Assembly (NCBI RefSeq): GCF_037042905.1 | Contig: NC_087263.1 | Location: 11,410,001-11,474,000 of the forward strand | Direction: 5' to 3' | Length of the DNA stretch: 64,000 bases | Source of the DNA: Lytechinus pictus | Lineage: Eukaryota | Notes under the pieces: model-generated | Databases searched by the model: none | The model's input: the letters and a program-made list of their open reading frames with translations, nothing else | What the model was told of the DNA's origin: nothing | Made by a program: the position numbers and the translations under genes | Shown: piece after piece, positions 13,201-28,200 of the stretch | Numbering within the stretch: the stretch's first letter is position 1 | Layout of the letters: the number at the start of each line of letters is the position of its first letter

Positions 13201-16200
13201 GATAAGTGACAAGGACGATGGGTGATCAAGTCCCAAAGTCCACGGTGGCTTAAAAATGTAAAATAGGACCCCTTTTATCTGCAAATGGACATAGTTCATG
13301 TAATATCCGTCAAGGGCATATGATTTTAATGTCTATACCATGGTTTTTTAATTCAGAAAATTAGTAACAAGGACAGTCAGTGGTCCAGTTTGTCAAAAAT
13401 CCTAGATGGTTTCCAAGTAACGGAGTCTAAAATGACTGCTGTTCCTTTAAAAATGGATATAGTTCATTTAAAATCCACCAAAAAATGTGATTTCGGTGTC
13501 AACCACTATGGTTTCACGGTTAAAATAATACGTTTTAACCGGTTACATTGATATGCAGTTGTCCAGTTTTCCTAAAAATCCAAGAGGGTTTTCAAAAAAG
13601 GCATCTAAAACGACTCATATCACTCAATAATGGTCACAGTTCTACAATATATATCTGTAAGAAATAATGTTGGTGTCTAAATTGTGGTATGAAGGGTCAT
13701 ATAATACATTCGGACAAGTAACAAAGGTGGTTAGTATTACATTTTGTCAAAAAAATCCATGGTGGATTCTAAAATTTCATCAAAACGGGTGCTGTTACTG
13801 ACTCATGAAACAATATGAAAACGTGGAAAATGTAGGCACCATGATTATTTCTCACAGGTGGATATTGTTTGAACTATGTCCACTTTTAAGTAACAGCACT
13901 CACTTTGGAACCCATTTTGGAAGCCAACTTGGACTTTAAGGCAAAATGGATAAATGCATATCATGGTATCCAGTCCCAAAGTATTTTTGACCCTTGAAAC
14001 CCTAATGTAGACACCAAAATAATACCCCCAAGTAACAACAGTCATTTAAAACCCCATATTTTAAAGCCATCTTCGATTTTTGGACATACCTGACACCTGA
14101 CTGTCATTTCAACTTAACCCAATATATTACTTGACCCTTTAAACTCTAGTGTATACACCAAAAGCATACCTCCAAGGTGTATTTATAATAATCTATGTAT
14201 ACTTTTAAGTAACAACTGTCAATTAACACCAGATTTTTTATTTATTTCTGACATACTAGACCACTGACTGTCATTGTAACTTGTCCTCATATTTAATTTG
14301 ACCCTTGAAACCATATTTTAGACACCGAAATCATATCTAACAGGCGGATATAAAATGAGCTATTCCACTTTTAAGTATCAGCAGCCATTTTAGAATCGAT
14401 TTTCGGAAGCCATATTGGATTTTTGGTCCTTAAAACTTGTCCTTATGTATCATTTTGACCCTTGAAACCAGTGGTTTAGACACCAAAATCGCATCTCCCA
14501 CGCCGATATGAAATAAACTATGTCCGCTTTAAAGTGATTGGTTAACATTGGTTTGACTTTTAAAAAAATCTGAGCTAGAAGGTCGCACTTGTCACCTGTG
14601 TCTGTGATATGTTACAAAAATGAAGCCCAGAAAAAATTGCGTTCGAAAATAATTATTTAGTGCTTCAAAAATTGAAATATAAGGTGACCGAAAACACCAT
14701 CTTAATTTCATCCCATACACTTATGTGTACTATTTAGGCGTCAATAAGACGCCTATTTACAAAATCGAGGTTTGCCTTGTAGTTTTAGCTTTTCATTCTC
14801 AATAATGGTTGTTTCCAGGGTTTATTAGTTCTAATACATGTACTTGTACACATGTTTCATCTTGGTTTGAGAATTTTTTAAATCGGCTGCTCACAAAGTT
14901 AAACAATACCTTTAAGTAACAGCAGACAATTTAGAATCAATTTTTGGAAGCAAACACAGATTTTTTTTGAAATACCAGGCCACTGACTCTCCTTGTAACT
15001 TGTCCTAATGTATTTTTAGTTGACCCTTGAAACCAGTGATTTAGACACCAAAACCAGACCACTGATTTTCCTTGTGATTTCCCCAATGTATTATTTGACC
15101 CATTTAACCATGGTATACACACCAAAATCATATTTCTGGATATTGAGCAAACTATGTCGGTTTTTTTAAGTAGCAAGAACAGTTTTAGAATCCATTTTTG
15201 GAAGCCATTTTGGATTTTTTAACATAATGGACCACTAACTGTCCTTGTCACTTGTCTCTATGTCTTTTTTTGACCATTGAAAACATGGTCGAGGCACAAA
15301 AATCATTATGTCCCAGGTAGATATGAAATGAACTATGTCCATTTTAATTATCAACAGTTATTTTAAATTCAATTTTTGGAAGCCATTTTGGATTTTTGGA
15401 CACTATCTTGGATTTTTCGGACACACCAAACCATTGGCTGTCCTTGTAACTTGTTCCAATGTACTACTTCACCCTTAAAACCGTTGAATAAAAACCAAAC
15501 TAAAGCCACTTAGATGAATTGCGGGTTTTCAGCCTACGGCAGCCATTTTGTGCGACATCTTGGATTTTCCAGGTACACTGGAGGGCTTATAATTCACCCT
15601 AACTTGTATAACAATTTGTTACCCCCTAGACCATGGAATATGAATCGAAATAGGATTCTATGGTGGATAATGAGTCAGTTGTATCAATTTTCAGTGAATG
15701 GCATCTTGGACGCCATCTTGAAAATAACCACTTTCCCGGATGCAGATTTTGGTAGATTTTTAGTATGTTATTCCTGAGGTCAAATAGTACAAAAAGCTGT
15801 TGAAAAATCATTTGTTGCAATTAGTTCCGGGTAGGGGTATTTTTGGTCGTATATTGACCCGTCTATATAGATTTTATCTACGATCGAGTCAGAGAGATAA
15901 CTATAACAGATATCTCAACTGTTACGTATTTTCTTGATTATCAAAAAACTCATGCTAAAAGAAGCTTGTTATTTATATACTTGTATAATGAATATGAAAG
16001 CTTATTTTAGATAAGCTGATATATTTTGGTAAATAGAATAGTGTTAGGGCCTTTGCTGTAAGACGGCTGTCAACTTAGGGTCAACTATGTCAGCCTAGGG
16101 CCTACCCTCTATGTCAATGTCATTCAAGGGGAATGACATGCACTTAAGTCAGTGAGCTACTGTTCGTCAGATTCGACCGTAATTATTCCTATAGTTGATG

Positions 16201-19200
16201 CTAGAACTCCAAAGCTTCAACTGAACTCTGATTCGTCATTCTTCAAGGACACGTGTGTTTGCACTCATGACGTCTTCATCGTCCCATACTTGTTCCTCAT
16301 CTTAGTCGTCGTCGATCATCGTCATACTTGTTCTTCATCGTAATCGGCCATCCTCGTAGTCGTCGTTGATCGTCGTTCTCTTCCGTCTTCAAACTCCACA
16401 TTTTTTGCTAATAAGTAATATAATTTCAAGGCCTTATCAGATCAATCTGCTCCCCTAAACTTGGAAAATCGATTGTTTATACTCCTTCTCTTATGCATAT
16501 ACTCATTTCATAAGTTATATATGCAAAGTTTTATTGATTATTAATTTGCCTTACGCCGTCCGCAGGGCGAGTCGAAACAGCCGATTTTGTCTAATTCTAG
16601 ACAACAGCCTGAAACAGACATCGCGATTTCACCATTGAAACGGCTATTTTCGACTCGCCGTACGGCCGGCCGATGTGGAGGAAACTGCAACTGCGCATTA
16701 CCTGTTGAATGTCTTGAATGCAGTGCACCAGCGGCTCCCCAGAATTTGGAAAGGGAAATGAAGTGTGCTGGATTCATGCATGTCATCTGAGGTCGCTTCG
16801 ATTTGACCACAGACATTGCCTTCATCGAACGAGCCAGGCTCCCGCCTGTGCCGAAGCAGGGTATGCTTAAGATCCCACTGTATTTTGAAACGTCGGCATT
16901 AAAAGCTTTGTGTGACTTTGCTGATTGCAGATTTTGAAATCTGTTTGCAGATACAAAAGAAATTGACAGATTGAACATGAATAGGAAAGCGTCATCAATA
17001 ATTATATCAGATATTTATCTACAAACATGAAAGTAAATGCAGAATAAAGGGAAATGGGTTGGAATCCTTAACATTATGACCATTTTAAACGAATGATTTA
17101 AAGTAATTTCTACGTTCTAATTTGGACGTGTTTTTTTTTTTGGGGGGGGGAGGGGGTCGACATTTCGCCAATGCGCGTTGCTACAACAAAAAACGGAAAA
17201 GGACTGTGCAAAAATGAAATGACAAAGTGAAATACGAGCAGAGGAAAGAATGGTGCATAATTGATTACACAACACAGAGAAATGAATACTAATGACGACG
17301 ACGATGATGATGATAAAACAATGATAATGATAGGACGATGATGATGGTCATACTATGACGATGATAGTGGTGATGGTGATAATGGCGAAGTAGACGATGA
17401 CGATAATGATGATGATGATGACGATGATGATAATTATGATACTGATGATGATGACGATGACGATGATAATTATGATACTGATGATACTGATGATGATGAC
17501 GATAGAAACATTAGCACCTTGGTCTTTATTACTTGGGGGTCTTACCTTGTACGTAAAATGCTGGGGTTCATGGAAACATAATTATTTTTCATCCCAGCAT
17601 CTACTTTGAACGGTTTGAGCGGAGCCATGTTACATCTGTATACCAAAAGGATTAAAAGGAAAAGTTATGTGAAGACCTGGCGCCCGTAACAAAAAAAAAA
17701 ATTCGAAATAATTAAAAATCTACGATTTATTCCACTGATTAATCTGTACAATCCATCGTGAAAATCAAGTGTTCGACCGATCGCTTACCTTTGTGTTGCG
17801 GAACCCAGTAGTGGCTTAGACATTAGGGACTTTTTGCTCTTGAACGCAGGACGGATTTAAGAACAGTGTATCGAAAATGCCAGTCGAATGACAGCGAATA
17901 GGTAAAGGGTTTTTGTCACAAATTGATAAGCCGGAACAGCAGTTTCATTGAAAACTTCGGAGCTGACGAAAAAAACATGCAAATACGTCGGGTCGTTTGT
18001 CAAGAGTTTGTCACGACGAAACTGCTGTTTTGATTAACCAACATTCGACGAAAAAAATCTCGGTTCTTTTTCATGGAAGGCGTTTGGCAATGCATTTTCT
18101 TTGTTCTTGAATCAATCGTGCGCTGAGGAGCGACAATTCCCGACTAAAACTTACGTCTGAAAACCAACAAGACTCATAAGACAAACAATTTGAGAGGTCA
18201 AAGCAAAATAAAATCATGGTTTGGGATTTGCTCAATTTCCCACCCAGACCAGTCACACTTCAATGTACCGTTTGGGAGGTTTGTTCTGGAATAACTCTAA
18301 TAATCTTTTTTGTCTCGAATTAAGAATTTATCTTAAGGCCCAGTCCCACTGCACTTATTGATGTAAAACGTAAAAAGGAAAACTGTCATCCGTTGGAAAG
18401 CGCTATGTATCTGTTGTGTACTCATTGCATACGTGTTACATACGCTCTATCCATCGGGCATCCGTCCACTATGATTTCATCCGCGTAAAAGGTTTTGAGC
18501 TGCACAAAACTTATAGAACGGATGGATTTTTCACCGGTACAAATTAAATCCGCAACATATACGAGCAGCTAACGTTCCATGTCCGTTATCATCCGTTAAA
18601 CTTCCGCTGCATCCTCTAGGCATCCTCACAACTCATATCCACTGAAGCTTAACAACTGAAAGAGGGAGGAAAGATAAGGTACATGGAACGTACATCGTTA
18701 GTAGCAAGTATGTAAGCGTATGCATCTCGTAAATACAGTATTCAAAACCCCCGGTAACCCATTCGGAGCTGTCATCCACTTCCATCCGTTTTCACCCGCA
18801 AGTTTTCTGATGAACAACGGTTACCGTTTAACATCCGCGCTACATACTACACACGTCCGTTCTTTTCCGTTATGTTTTCGCTAACTTTTTCTATTGCTGG
18901 AGAGGATGAAAACGGATGGAGCCACCTGCTAAACTTTGCTCGTCCGCTGTGTCCTTTATGAATACGTTTTGTATCCGTCGGCCAGTGAGACCAGGCCTTA
19001 AGTGGAACGCCTCTGTGCATTACGCGATCAAATATAGCAGCAGTGCTGACCTTGGAAACAATTAAGATAAATAATATTTGTCAAAAAATGATTTAAAAAA
19101 CATTTGGGATGAAAAAAGAGCAAGGTGAACAAAGAAACTAAATCATGCTTGATGTTATACACTCCCAACAGATTTGCCGTTACTTGTCCTATCTTTATGG

Positions 19201-22200
19201 ACCCTTTCTTTTCAGTGGAAATACTCTTGTAGAAATATTTCATTAATACTTTAAGCTTCATTCATTTCATCGAGGATACTGATTTCGGAGACAAAATAAT
19301 AAATTGATTTACCTTATGACGTAATCATGCTTATCAATATTTTTTCCGCATCCACTATTTCGCAACGAACCACTATTTCCCACAACAGCACACGAGCGGT
19401 ACCTCTTTCCATTCGGTAGATTTATTGGATCAGTCTAAATTTAGATATAAAAGACGATAAAGCATTGTGATCAATTACTGTGAAAAAAATGTTCGACGGC
19501 ACCTTGGTTCTAACGGCAATTTTATATCTGTATGTACATGTATGTATACAGTACCAGTCAAAAGTTTGGGTACACCTGCAATCAGAACTGATTTTTGTTT
19601 TATAATCATATACAATGTATTCACCTATGCTCTTCAAACACAGTGACAATTTAGTATCAAAATAAAGGGTTATTCTCAGGCTCCAAACTGACTTTATTTT
19701 GAAGATGAAAAATCGTTTCAGAAAGCGCAAAGGCATGTCCAAGACCCCTCTCAAACTGTCAATTAAAGTCAAATGAGGATTTTTGTCATTTTGTGATTTT
19801 AGGGTTGACACTGTGCGTTTCATAATATTTGATTGGATTTTAGTGAAGAATCTTTCAATATTTATTTGATCAGTAAACAATAAACATCACTTCTCAAGCA
19901 AACTAAGATACCCTCGTGCTAAAATAAATGAACATTTTCATATTTTCAAAAGTTACCGGTCAAAAGTTTACTGTCTCCTTTATTTTATTATTTTCTTATA
20001 TTTTATCTTTGATAATTCAATTAAACCATTCAGAATGTTCCTGAAGTTATAAGCATATGTTTTCGATGAATACAAAAAAAAAATTGTGATAATTGATATT
20101 GAGACGTACATACATGGTGCCCTCTTGTGGATTAGATGTTACCAATTACACGGAAATGACATATGTGGGATTAAAGTAGCGATCGCTTGTAATCGGTTCA
20201 CACTCGATATCAATTGGAATCATCAATTGATTTTGAACTGAATGATTTAATAAAAAATTATTACAAAACACAAAAAAATACGAACCGGACCGCGGAATTT
20301 AAGTGAGTCCAACGACGACGCACCGTAGTAAACGTAGGAGCCTATACTACGATTTACCTCAGGTTGTTCGTATAGGCTCCACTACACTTCACTACCGCTA
20401 CCCTCCGATCCACCTATCCGAACCATCGGGAAACAAAAATTATCTCTCAAAAACCAATGACAAACTGTGGCACTTTATTGTAAAAAAAGGCAACGTATCA
20501 TGACAAAAAAAAACATCGAGCGTACTCTACAGTGACTAAACTTACTATTGGGCACATGCTCGCTCCTTGCCCTTTTATGTAAACGTCTCAAAATCGGTGA
20601 TTTGAAGCCGGTTCGCAGTACCCAACACGTATCAATTCACCGCCGAATCCAAAATGAAAAACGCGAATTGCGCACGGGTCGTTTTGAGAGATAATATTTG
20701 TTCCCCGATGGTTCGGACAGGTGGAGCGGAGAGTAGTGGCAGCACTAGCGTACCTACGGGGGTGGCAAGGGGGGCAGTCTGCCCCCCGCCCCCTGACGAG
20801 CCACAACCTATGCAAAGGACGTATCCCTGCCCCCCTGACGAGCTTGAAAGACCTTTTTTGCCCCCCCCCCCCTGACGAGCTTGAAGACCTTTATTGCCCC
20901 CCCCCCCCCCTGACGAGCTTGAAGACTTTTTTTTTTTTTTGGCTTGTCAATTTTTTTTCTGGTACGAAATCCTTTATTTGTGATTGAAGACCTTTTTGGG
21001 GGGGCTTGTCAATTTTTTGGCGGACGGTTTTGCCCCCCTGTGAAAAATCCTAGTTACGCCACTGAGCGGCAGTGAAGCGTAGAGGAGCCTAACCGAACCA
21101 TCGCCTGAGGTAACTGTGAGTATACGACTTAGGTTTAACGTTAGATCTAACGTTAGCCCTTCTTCACTTCAGTTACTAAAATGGAGCCTAGATTTATGTA
21201 ACGTAGACAGTAATAAACGTCATTTCGGAGATTCTGGGAATATATTTAGCAATTTCTGGATATGTATCGTTGAGTGCAGCCAACGTAGTTTAGCAGATAG
21301 AGACTGAGGCTATTAGCTTAAGAGTTTTTGATTTGGTCTAACGTTAACGTCAAAGATTTGTGGTAATGTCTGATGAGCAATGTAAAAATAAGATCAGCTT
21401 TTGGAAGATAAAATTGGGTAAGTAGATTTAGATTTAGGCCTAACTTTATACCTAGATCTAGGCCTATAAGTTAGGTCTAACTTTTTAACGTGTTAACAAG
21501 TTAGATGTAGACCTAACTTTAGTCTTTAAAAAAGTTAGAGAAATCTAACGTTAAATCTTGTTAACGACAGCGTAAGTTAGTGCTGAACGAAACATTAGTT
21601 AGATTTGGTCTGGGACCTAATTCGAAAGATCAGGCCCATCACCAACAGTAAAACCGTAAATAAGTCTGAATTGGCTAAATCTAGATCTAACAGATCTAGT
21701 CATGTTATCCCATCCCCAATTGGCCAATTGGATCAGAATCTGCACCTGATCATGGCTCAACATGCATTATCGGTCTGCTTTGGGTCCTGGACCGGACTCT
21801 AACTTAGATCTAGGCCAAAACAAACTTGATTTTGATTGGATAAGGGTCATTCACTGCATTGGACTAACGTTATTTATACCAGTTCCATTAGCCATTGTGA
21901 ATATCATATTCATAAACAACTGAGCTACTGCACGCATCGTAGACCTAACTTTAGATCTATTTCATCATTCAAGGCTATCTAATGCATGTATATACAGTAA
22001 CATATATTGACTGATGGGGTGTGTGAAAAACATTCTTTGCACCGCCGAAAGAATTTATATTTTCCCTCGCGATCATATTTTCCCCCAGCTATGACCCCTC
22101 GGCCTCGGGGAAAATATAAATCTGGCGGTCCAAAGAATGTTTGTATTACACACCCCATCAGTCGATATCTGTATAATAACCCATTCACCAGCCTACTGAA

Positions 22201-24114
22201 AAGTCCTCACGGACATGGTGGCGTTTTTCACCAATAGCGTATTTAGCATCCACTTTGCAGACGCATTCTGCAACGTTCATAGTCTATTGAAAATGCCCGT
22301 CAAAATCACAATGAACAGATTAGACAGGTCATTGTCGATAGTTGGTGACCAACCGGGATAGCACATCGTAAGATTGGGACCGGACAAACAAATGCAAAAA
22401 CAAATATGTCGTTTGTCCAGAGTCCAGGACAACACTGCTATTTTGATTCACCGATTTTCGACAAAGACTGTTTATATGAAAGGGTTTTGTTAATAGAGTC
22501 TCTTAGTTATAAAAAGCGTCTGCGAAGGGAGTGCTTAAAATGTTACATTACACTGTCATGTGCAAAAACCTGTATACGGCTAATTGAGTCTGTGTATGAG
22601 CTTTTTTTTATTTTGTCTGTATGGTAAACACGAAATGAGTACTCTATGTACATGTACGACTATATAGATGCCCTACTTCAAAGAAAAGGGAAACCAAAAT
22701 TCATTGACGTCAAATGACCATTTACCTCGACTATGGAGCATCATTTGTGATATACAATAATCATATCGCGCAAGTATTAGTGTGATATTGGTTTAATGTT
22801 CTCAAAATAATGTACATATATACAAAAATGTATTTAAAGTTAACTGGTATCAAATGATCTTTGGCCTTCAACAGATGACCTTACATTATATTATGTTCAT
22901 GTAACCTTGGATTCTATACACCTTTATTGACCCCAGACGACTTTTGACTTTAATATTGACCTTAAGTTGCTTTCATCATTTTGGCGATACTTGATAATCG
23001 TATGTTAGACCTCGGGAGAATATTGACCTATACTTTCAAAACTTTATTAATAAAAACTTCAATATATATATACAGTAGAAATCAACGAAATCAAATCTTA
23101 ACCCTAGCTTGGTTACCTTTTTGTGGATGATACCATAACATGATCAACGTTCACTGATTCCAAATGACCTTTGACCTTAATCATGTGACCTGAACCGCGT
23201 TCTATTTGATCAGTGGGACTTGGTTACTATTATTCCGATTTTTCATGAAATAGATCCTGAAACTTCCCAAACTGATATGGTATTTAAAAAAAACTTCTAC
23301 AGTTGGTGTGAATGCTTGAGGTTTGATGTTGACGACACATCGTCGCCATCGTAAAGTTCTTGTGTATGGATTCGGCTATACAGACAAAAGGTCGACATAA
23401 ACAAATATCTTATCTGCTTTTGTTGAAATATGGATACACAGCTCATTTATTTTGAACGGGTCATTTTTTAGTTGATTATATGCTACATTAAATTCATCTT
23501 GATGGGAAAATGAAAAACTAATCATCCAATTAATTTCTCTCCATAGTGGATAAAAGCCATTACCTTTCCTTTTAAACCGTTCTAAGTGTTGAGCATTTTG
23601 AAAGAATCTATTTTTAGGTACATGGTGATACATATAGTTATAATGATAATAAAAAGAAATAATGCTAATAATTGGCTCAGTCGGTAAAGCGTCTGCCCGT
23701 CGAACCGAAGATCGTGGGTTCGAGTCCACCCCGGGCGGATGACTGAAGCCAGTGCGTTGTGTGTAAGCGTCTCTCCCCTGTTTCATAGATGCAGGTTATG
23801 TTATAAACAGTGGAAAACACTCCGTCCCTCGGATAGGACGTTAAATGGAGGCCCCGTGTTGAGGAGAATCACCACCTTTGCACGTTAAGAACCCACTGCA
23901 CTATTCGAATAAGAGTAGGGGGAAACCCCGGTGTAGTGGTCCACCTGCATTCGCCAACCAGTTATCGGGAGGAGAGACCTGCGGGTCACAGTTCTGTGTG
24001 CGTGCCCTTCTTGGCGACCCAGATTGGCTGGCTCCTCCAATGCGCCTTTAAATGTCTTTGACAGATACATGGCGCTATACAAATGCTGTGCATCATCATC
24101 ATCATAATGATAAG

Positions 24115-24151
<37 letters not shown>

Positions 24152-25143
24152 CGCCATCTGATCTTGAAATGCTTTATTCCCAGGCGCATGAGTGATGACG
24201 TCACAAAAATCTTTTTTTCGTATGTCAGTGTTTTTATTTCATATTTTGGTAGAGCATGATGAAAACCTCCCTCTACCAAAACTTGGTGGGAATCGGTCCA
24301 TGGGGGCCTTAGATATGACCTCATAAATACATAATTAGCATCATTTCAGTCAGTGTATTATTTGCCTGGTTCCTAACTGTAACATTGACTTCAATAGGGC
24401 TAATTATGTATTCATGAGGTCATATCTAAGGCCCCCATGGACCGATTCCCACCAAATTTGGTTGTGTGGGTTTTACGTAATGCTCTTCTAAAATATGGTA
24501 TCAAAAATGCAAGCATTGAAAATGTGTGACCTTGAACTTCGGCACTCTATCATTTCTATTATTACTACTCCAGTTTCATCTCGGCTCAAGTTGACTTCTA
24601 GCGCTCAGTGTAGAAAAGTTATACAAATTACATGATTATCGCGAATTTTCATCATTCGTATTAACCCTGCATCCAAAGCAAACATTAAACATGTTAAATG
24701 TCTCAGGATATGGTAACATCTGTGTGTGGTAGATAAACGTATTCTTACCTTTGGAAATGATTCAAACAGCTCAGGAGTAATTCTTACTCTGCTTTTACTG
24801 TCGACTAATCTTACACTTTCATTTATTTTGGTGTTCCTTTGATGGAGAATAATCGTTGTACTATCGTTTAAAGTCGATTGGAATCTCGCAAACTCTTGTC
24901 TGTAAAAAGAAGTGAAGAATGAAAAAGGGTACATTTCTATGTACTTTGCAGTTTTCTCTGTTAACATATCAACTGAAGGCCCTAGGTTTAGGTTTTTATT
25001 TGACAGAATTTTTAAAAAAATGAAGGAAAATGACACCTTTAAACTAATGTAATTATGATGGAGACACGCAGGCAATCCTTAAAAATTCGATATTCTTGTT
25101 GCGCATCACAAGTTGACTTTATAGCAGGTGCATATAAACATCA

Positions 25144-25241
<98 letters not shown>

Positions 25242-28200
25242 GCGGGGTGCCCCTTTTTAGCGGCAGGTTATCCACCCTTTTTTCATGGTTAATGCTGCAG
25301 TAACATTTCTCCTACTGCGGCCGTACGGTGAGTCAATTTAAAACAGCCGTTTAATGCATTTTTATTCAAACCACCTATAAGAAGTTGGTACAAAAATGTT
25401 AAAACGGCTGTATGTTTTGGATTCGCCGTAGGTCCGCCGTAGGCATGGTATAGGGGAAATGAGATATTTCCAAAGACAGCCCAAATTGTATTGCACTGTT
25501 AGAAAAAAACTTTCTTCTCCAGCCCAACAATCATTGTTGCCCCCATCCTATCTACGCTGTAACTCAAAGCTGATACGAACCAGAAACTTTAATAGCCCCA
25601 TCTCAAGTCCTCAACTATTCATATGAGGTCAAGTTCATTACCCATAATGCAATATTGTGAGCCATTTAATCTTCTAAATAAAGATCCACTGGAAAGAAAA
25701 AAAAAATACAAAATCTTTCTATTCATTCACTTCGCAATGATCATGTTACCAAGTAACAAAAAAAAACAGGTAGGCGTAATTTTCCTCTCAAAAACAATTT
25801 CTCCATTTCTCGTTTATTTGAATAAAAAGAGAAAAATCCAACAAGCATAACACTGAAAATCGGATGTAAAATAAGAAAGTTATGACATTTCAAAGTTTTG
25901 CTTCATTTCACAAAACAGTTATTTGCACTTCCTGGTCTGCATGCAAATGAGGAGACTGATGACATCATCCACTCATTTTTTCTTTTGTATTTTATTATAT
26001 GAAATATTCTCATTTTCTCCTCATTGTTAATTGAAACAATGATTAACTCCTCCCTGAACATGTGGAATTAGCATTGTTTAATATTATATGGTTTAATCAA
26101 GTCGGTTCTTATTGTCAAATCTCTGTAAAAAAGAAACATTGTATAATTCAAACACATTATGAAAGATTTTTGCCTAAATGGGACAGAAAATCGTGTACAA
26201 CTCTTGAACGCACGCACAGGTCACGGAGTGACCCTGAGTGCTAACAGCTGACTGTGTTACAACTTGGGGAGTGATACATTTTTTTATAATAGGGGTGATC
26301 ATACTCACTGGAGGGACTTTAATTCACTTATAACAAAGAAATGTTAACTTCAGTACTCATGTTGAATGCTCTGATGAAAATTATTTGAGTTTCACGTTCA
26401 TTTGAACGAGAGGACAAGATTATATACATCCAGTGCATTATGCGTGAATCATACTACCATTGCGACCCCTGATGGTTTAGGCATGACGATCCTGAGTGAC
26501 GTCACCGATAGAGACAGAGATAGATATCCAATGGGGAAATTGCTTTCATTTTCGTAAAATATACATTCCATTCTTCAATAAATCTTTCACCCCGTCGTTA
26601 AAAGCCCATTCATTCTCGAGCAATGGAGAAATGAATACAGAGTGTCTCAAAGTTTGTGTGAAAAAAGGTGCATTTTCCATAGAGCTTCTGCCAAAAAGCA
26701 ATGCGTAAGGGAAAGATAAGTCCCAAAACACGAATAGATGAGTTAATCAAATGGGATGAATCATGAAAATCAGTGAAATATAGTTTCTCTTGTCCTCATT
26801 ACTGAACGCCCCGACTTGATACGATTGATTTTTCCCCCTCTCCTTCAACTTTTAAGAAAAAGGGTGCATATTTCCACAGAAAAACCATGTGTTATATCGA
26901 CGGACGCCCGTGCGTACGAGCAGGAGGAAGCCAAATGTCTCGTATTTTTCATAAAAGAAAAAGTGAGTGAGGGGCATCATCGACTGTTTCACTTGCATGT
27001 CATCGAGTTGTGCATATCACTGTTTTGTGAAAAATAAGCGAAACTTTAAAATAACTTTTATAACTTTCTTATTTTACATCCGATTTTGATGAAATGTTTA
27101 GTCTATCTATTCAAATCAACGTTTTTCTAGTGTGGACTTGACCTTTAATTATAGAAAACTCCGCTTCCTGTCCCTCCGAAATTATTCAAATTCCGTTTCC
27201 CTACGCAATTACCCATAATGCAATTTCGTATTTTACTTATTTACACATTTTTTTCCAGATCCACTTGAAATATTCCAACCCACGTCGGGATGATCATGTT
27301 AACAAGTAGCAAAACCGGTACTTTTCTTTAAAGGACAAGTCCACCACAAGAAAAAAAAATTTTGAATGAAAAAGAGAAAAATCCAACAAGCATAGCACTG
27401 AAAATTCAATCAAAATCGGACATAAAATAAGATTATGACATTTTAAAGTTTTGCTTAATTTTACAAAACGGTTTATGCACATCCCGGTCGGTAACCAAAT
27501 GACGGGTCTGATGACGTCACCACTCACTATTTTTTGTATTTTATTATATTAGATAAAATTCTTATTTTCTCCTCATTGTCCTGTGAAACAGATATTTCTT
27601 TTCACTGAACATGTGGAATTACCCGCATACATTCTTAATTCCGAAGCTTCGTTATTCCGAAGGTTCGGACATTCCGAAGGATCGTTATTCCGAAGGTTCG
27701 TATTTCCGAAGGTTCGTAAGTCCGAAAACGAAACAAGGTTCGTAATTCCTAAGGTTCGTTAGTCCGAAAACGAAGTGAGGTTCGTAATTCCGAAGGTTCG
27801 TTAATCCGAAAACGAAATGAGGTTCGTAATTCCGAAGGTTCGTTAGTCCGAAAACGAAATGATTAACGAACCTTATTTCGTTTTCGGACTAACGAACCTT
27901 CGGAACAACGAACCTTATTTCGTTTTCCCATTTGCTTATCACTGAGTTCTGCATATAAATGTTTTGTGAAAAAATAACCGAAACTTTAAAATGCCATAAC
28001 TTGTTTATTCTACATACGAGTTTGATAACAAATTTTCAGCATTATGCTTGTTTGATTTTTTCTATTGACATGATTGATTCAAATCAACATTTTTCTGGGT
28101 GGACTTGACCTTTGATGGTTCCGAAAAATCGGTTAAAAACTTACCTCAGCGTATCTGCATTGACTTTATTTGCTTTCCAATCTTTCTTCAATAATTGTTC

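Noticed and set aside
17397..17609. Met/Ile-rich ORF and other low-complexity ORFs (5989, 25055, 39037)
   Set aside because: These are translations of microsatellites or polypyrimidine tracts.
27630..27925. Short repeats that look CRISPR-like
   Set aside because: There are no unique spacers and no cas genes; it is a tandem/inverted subrepeat array in a eukaryotic MITE.
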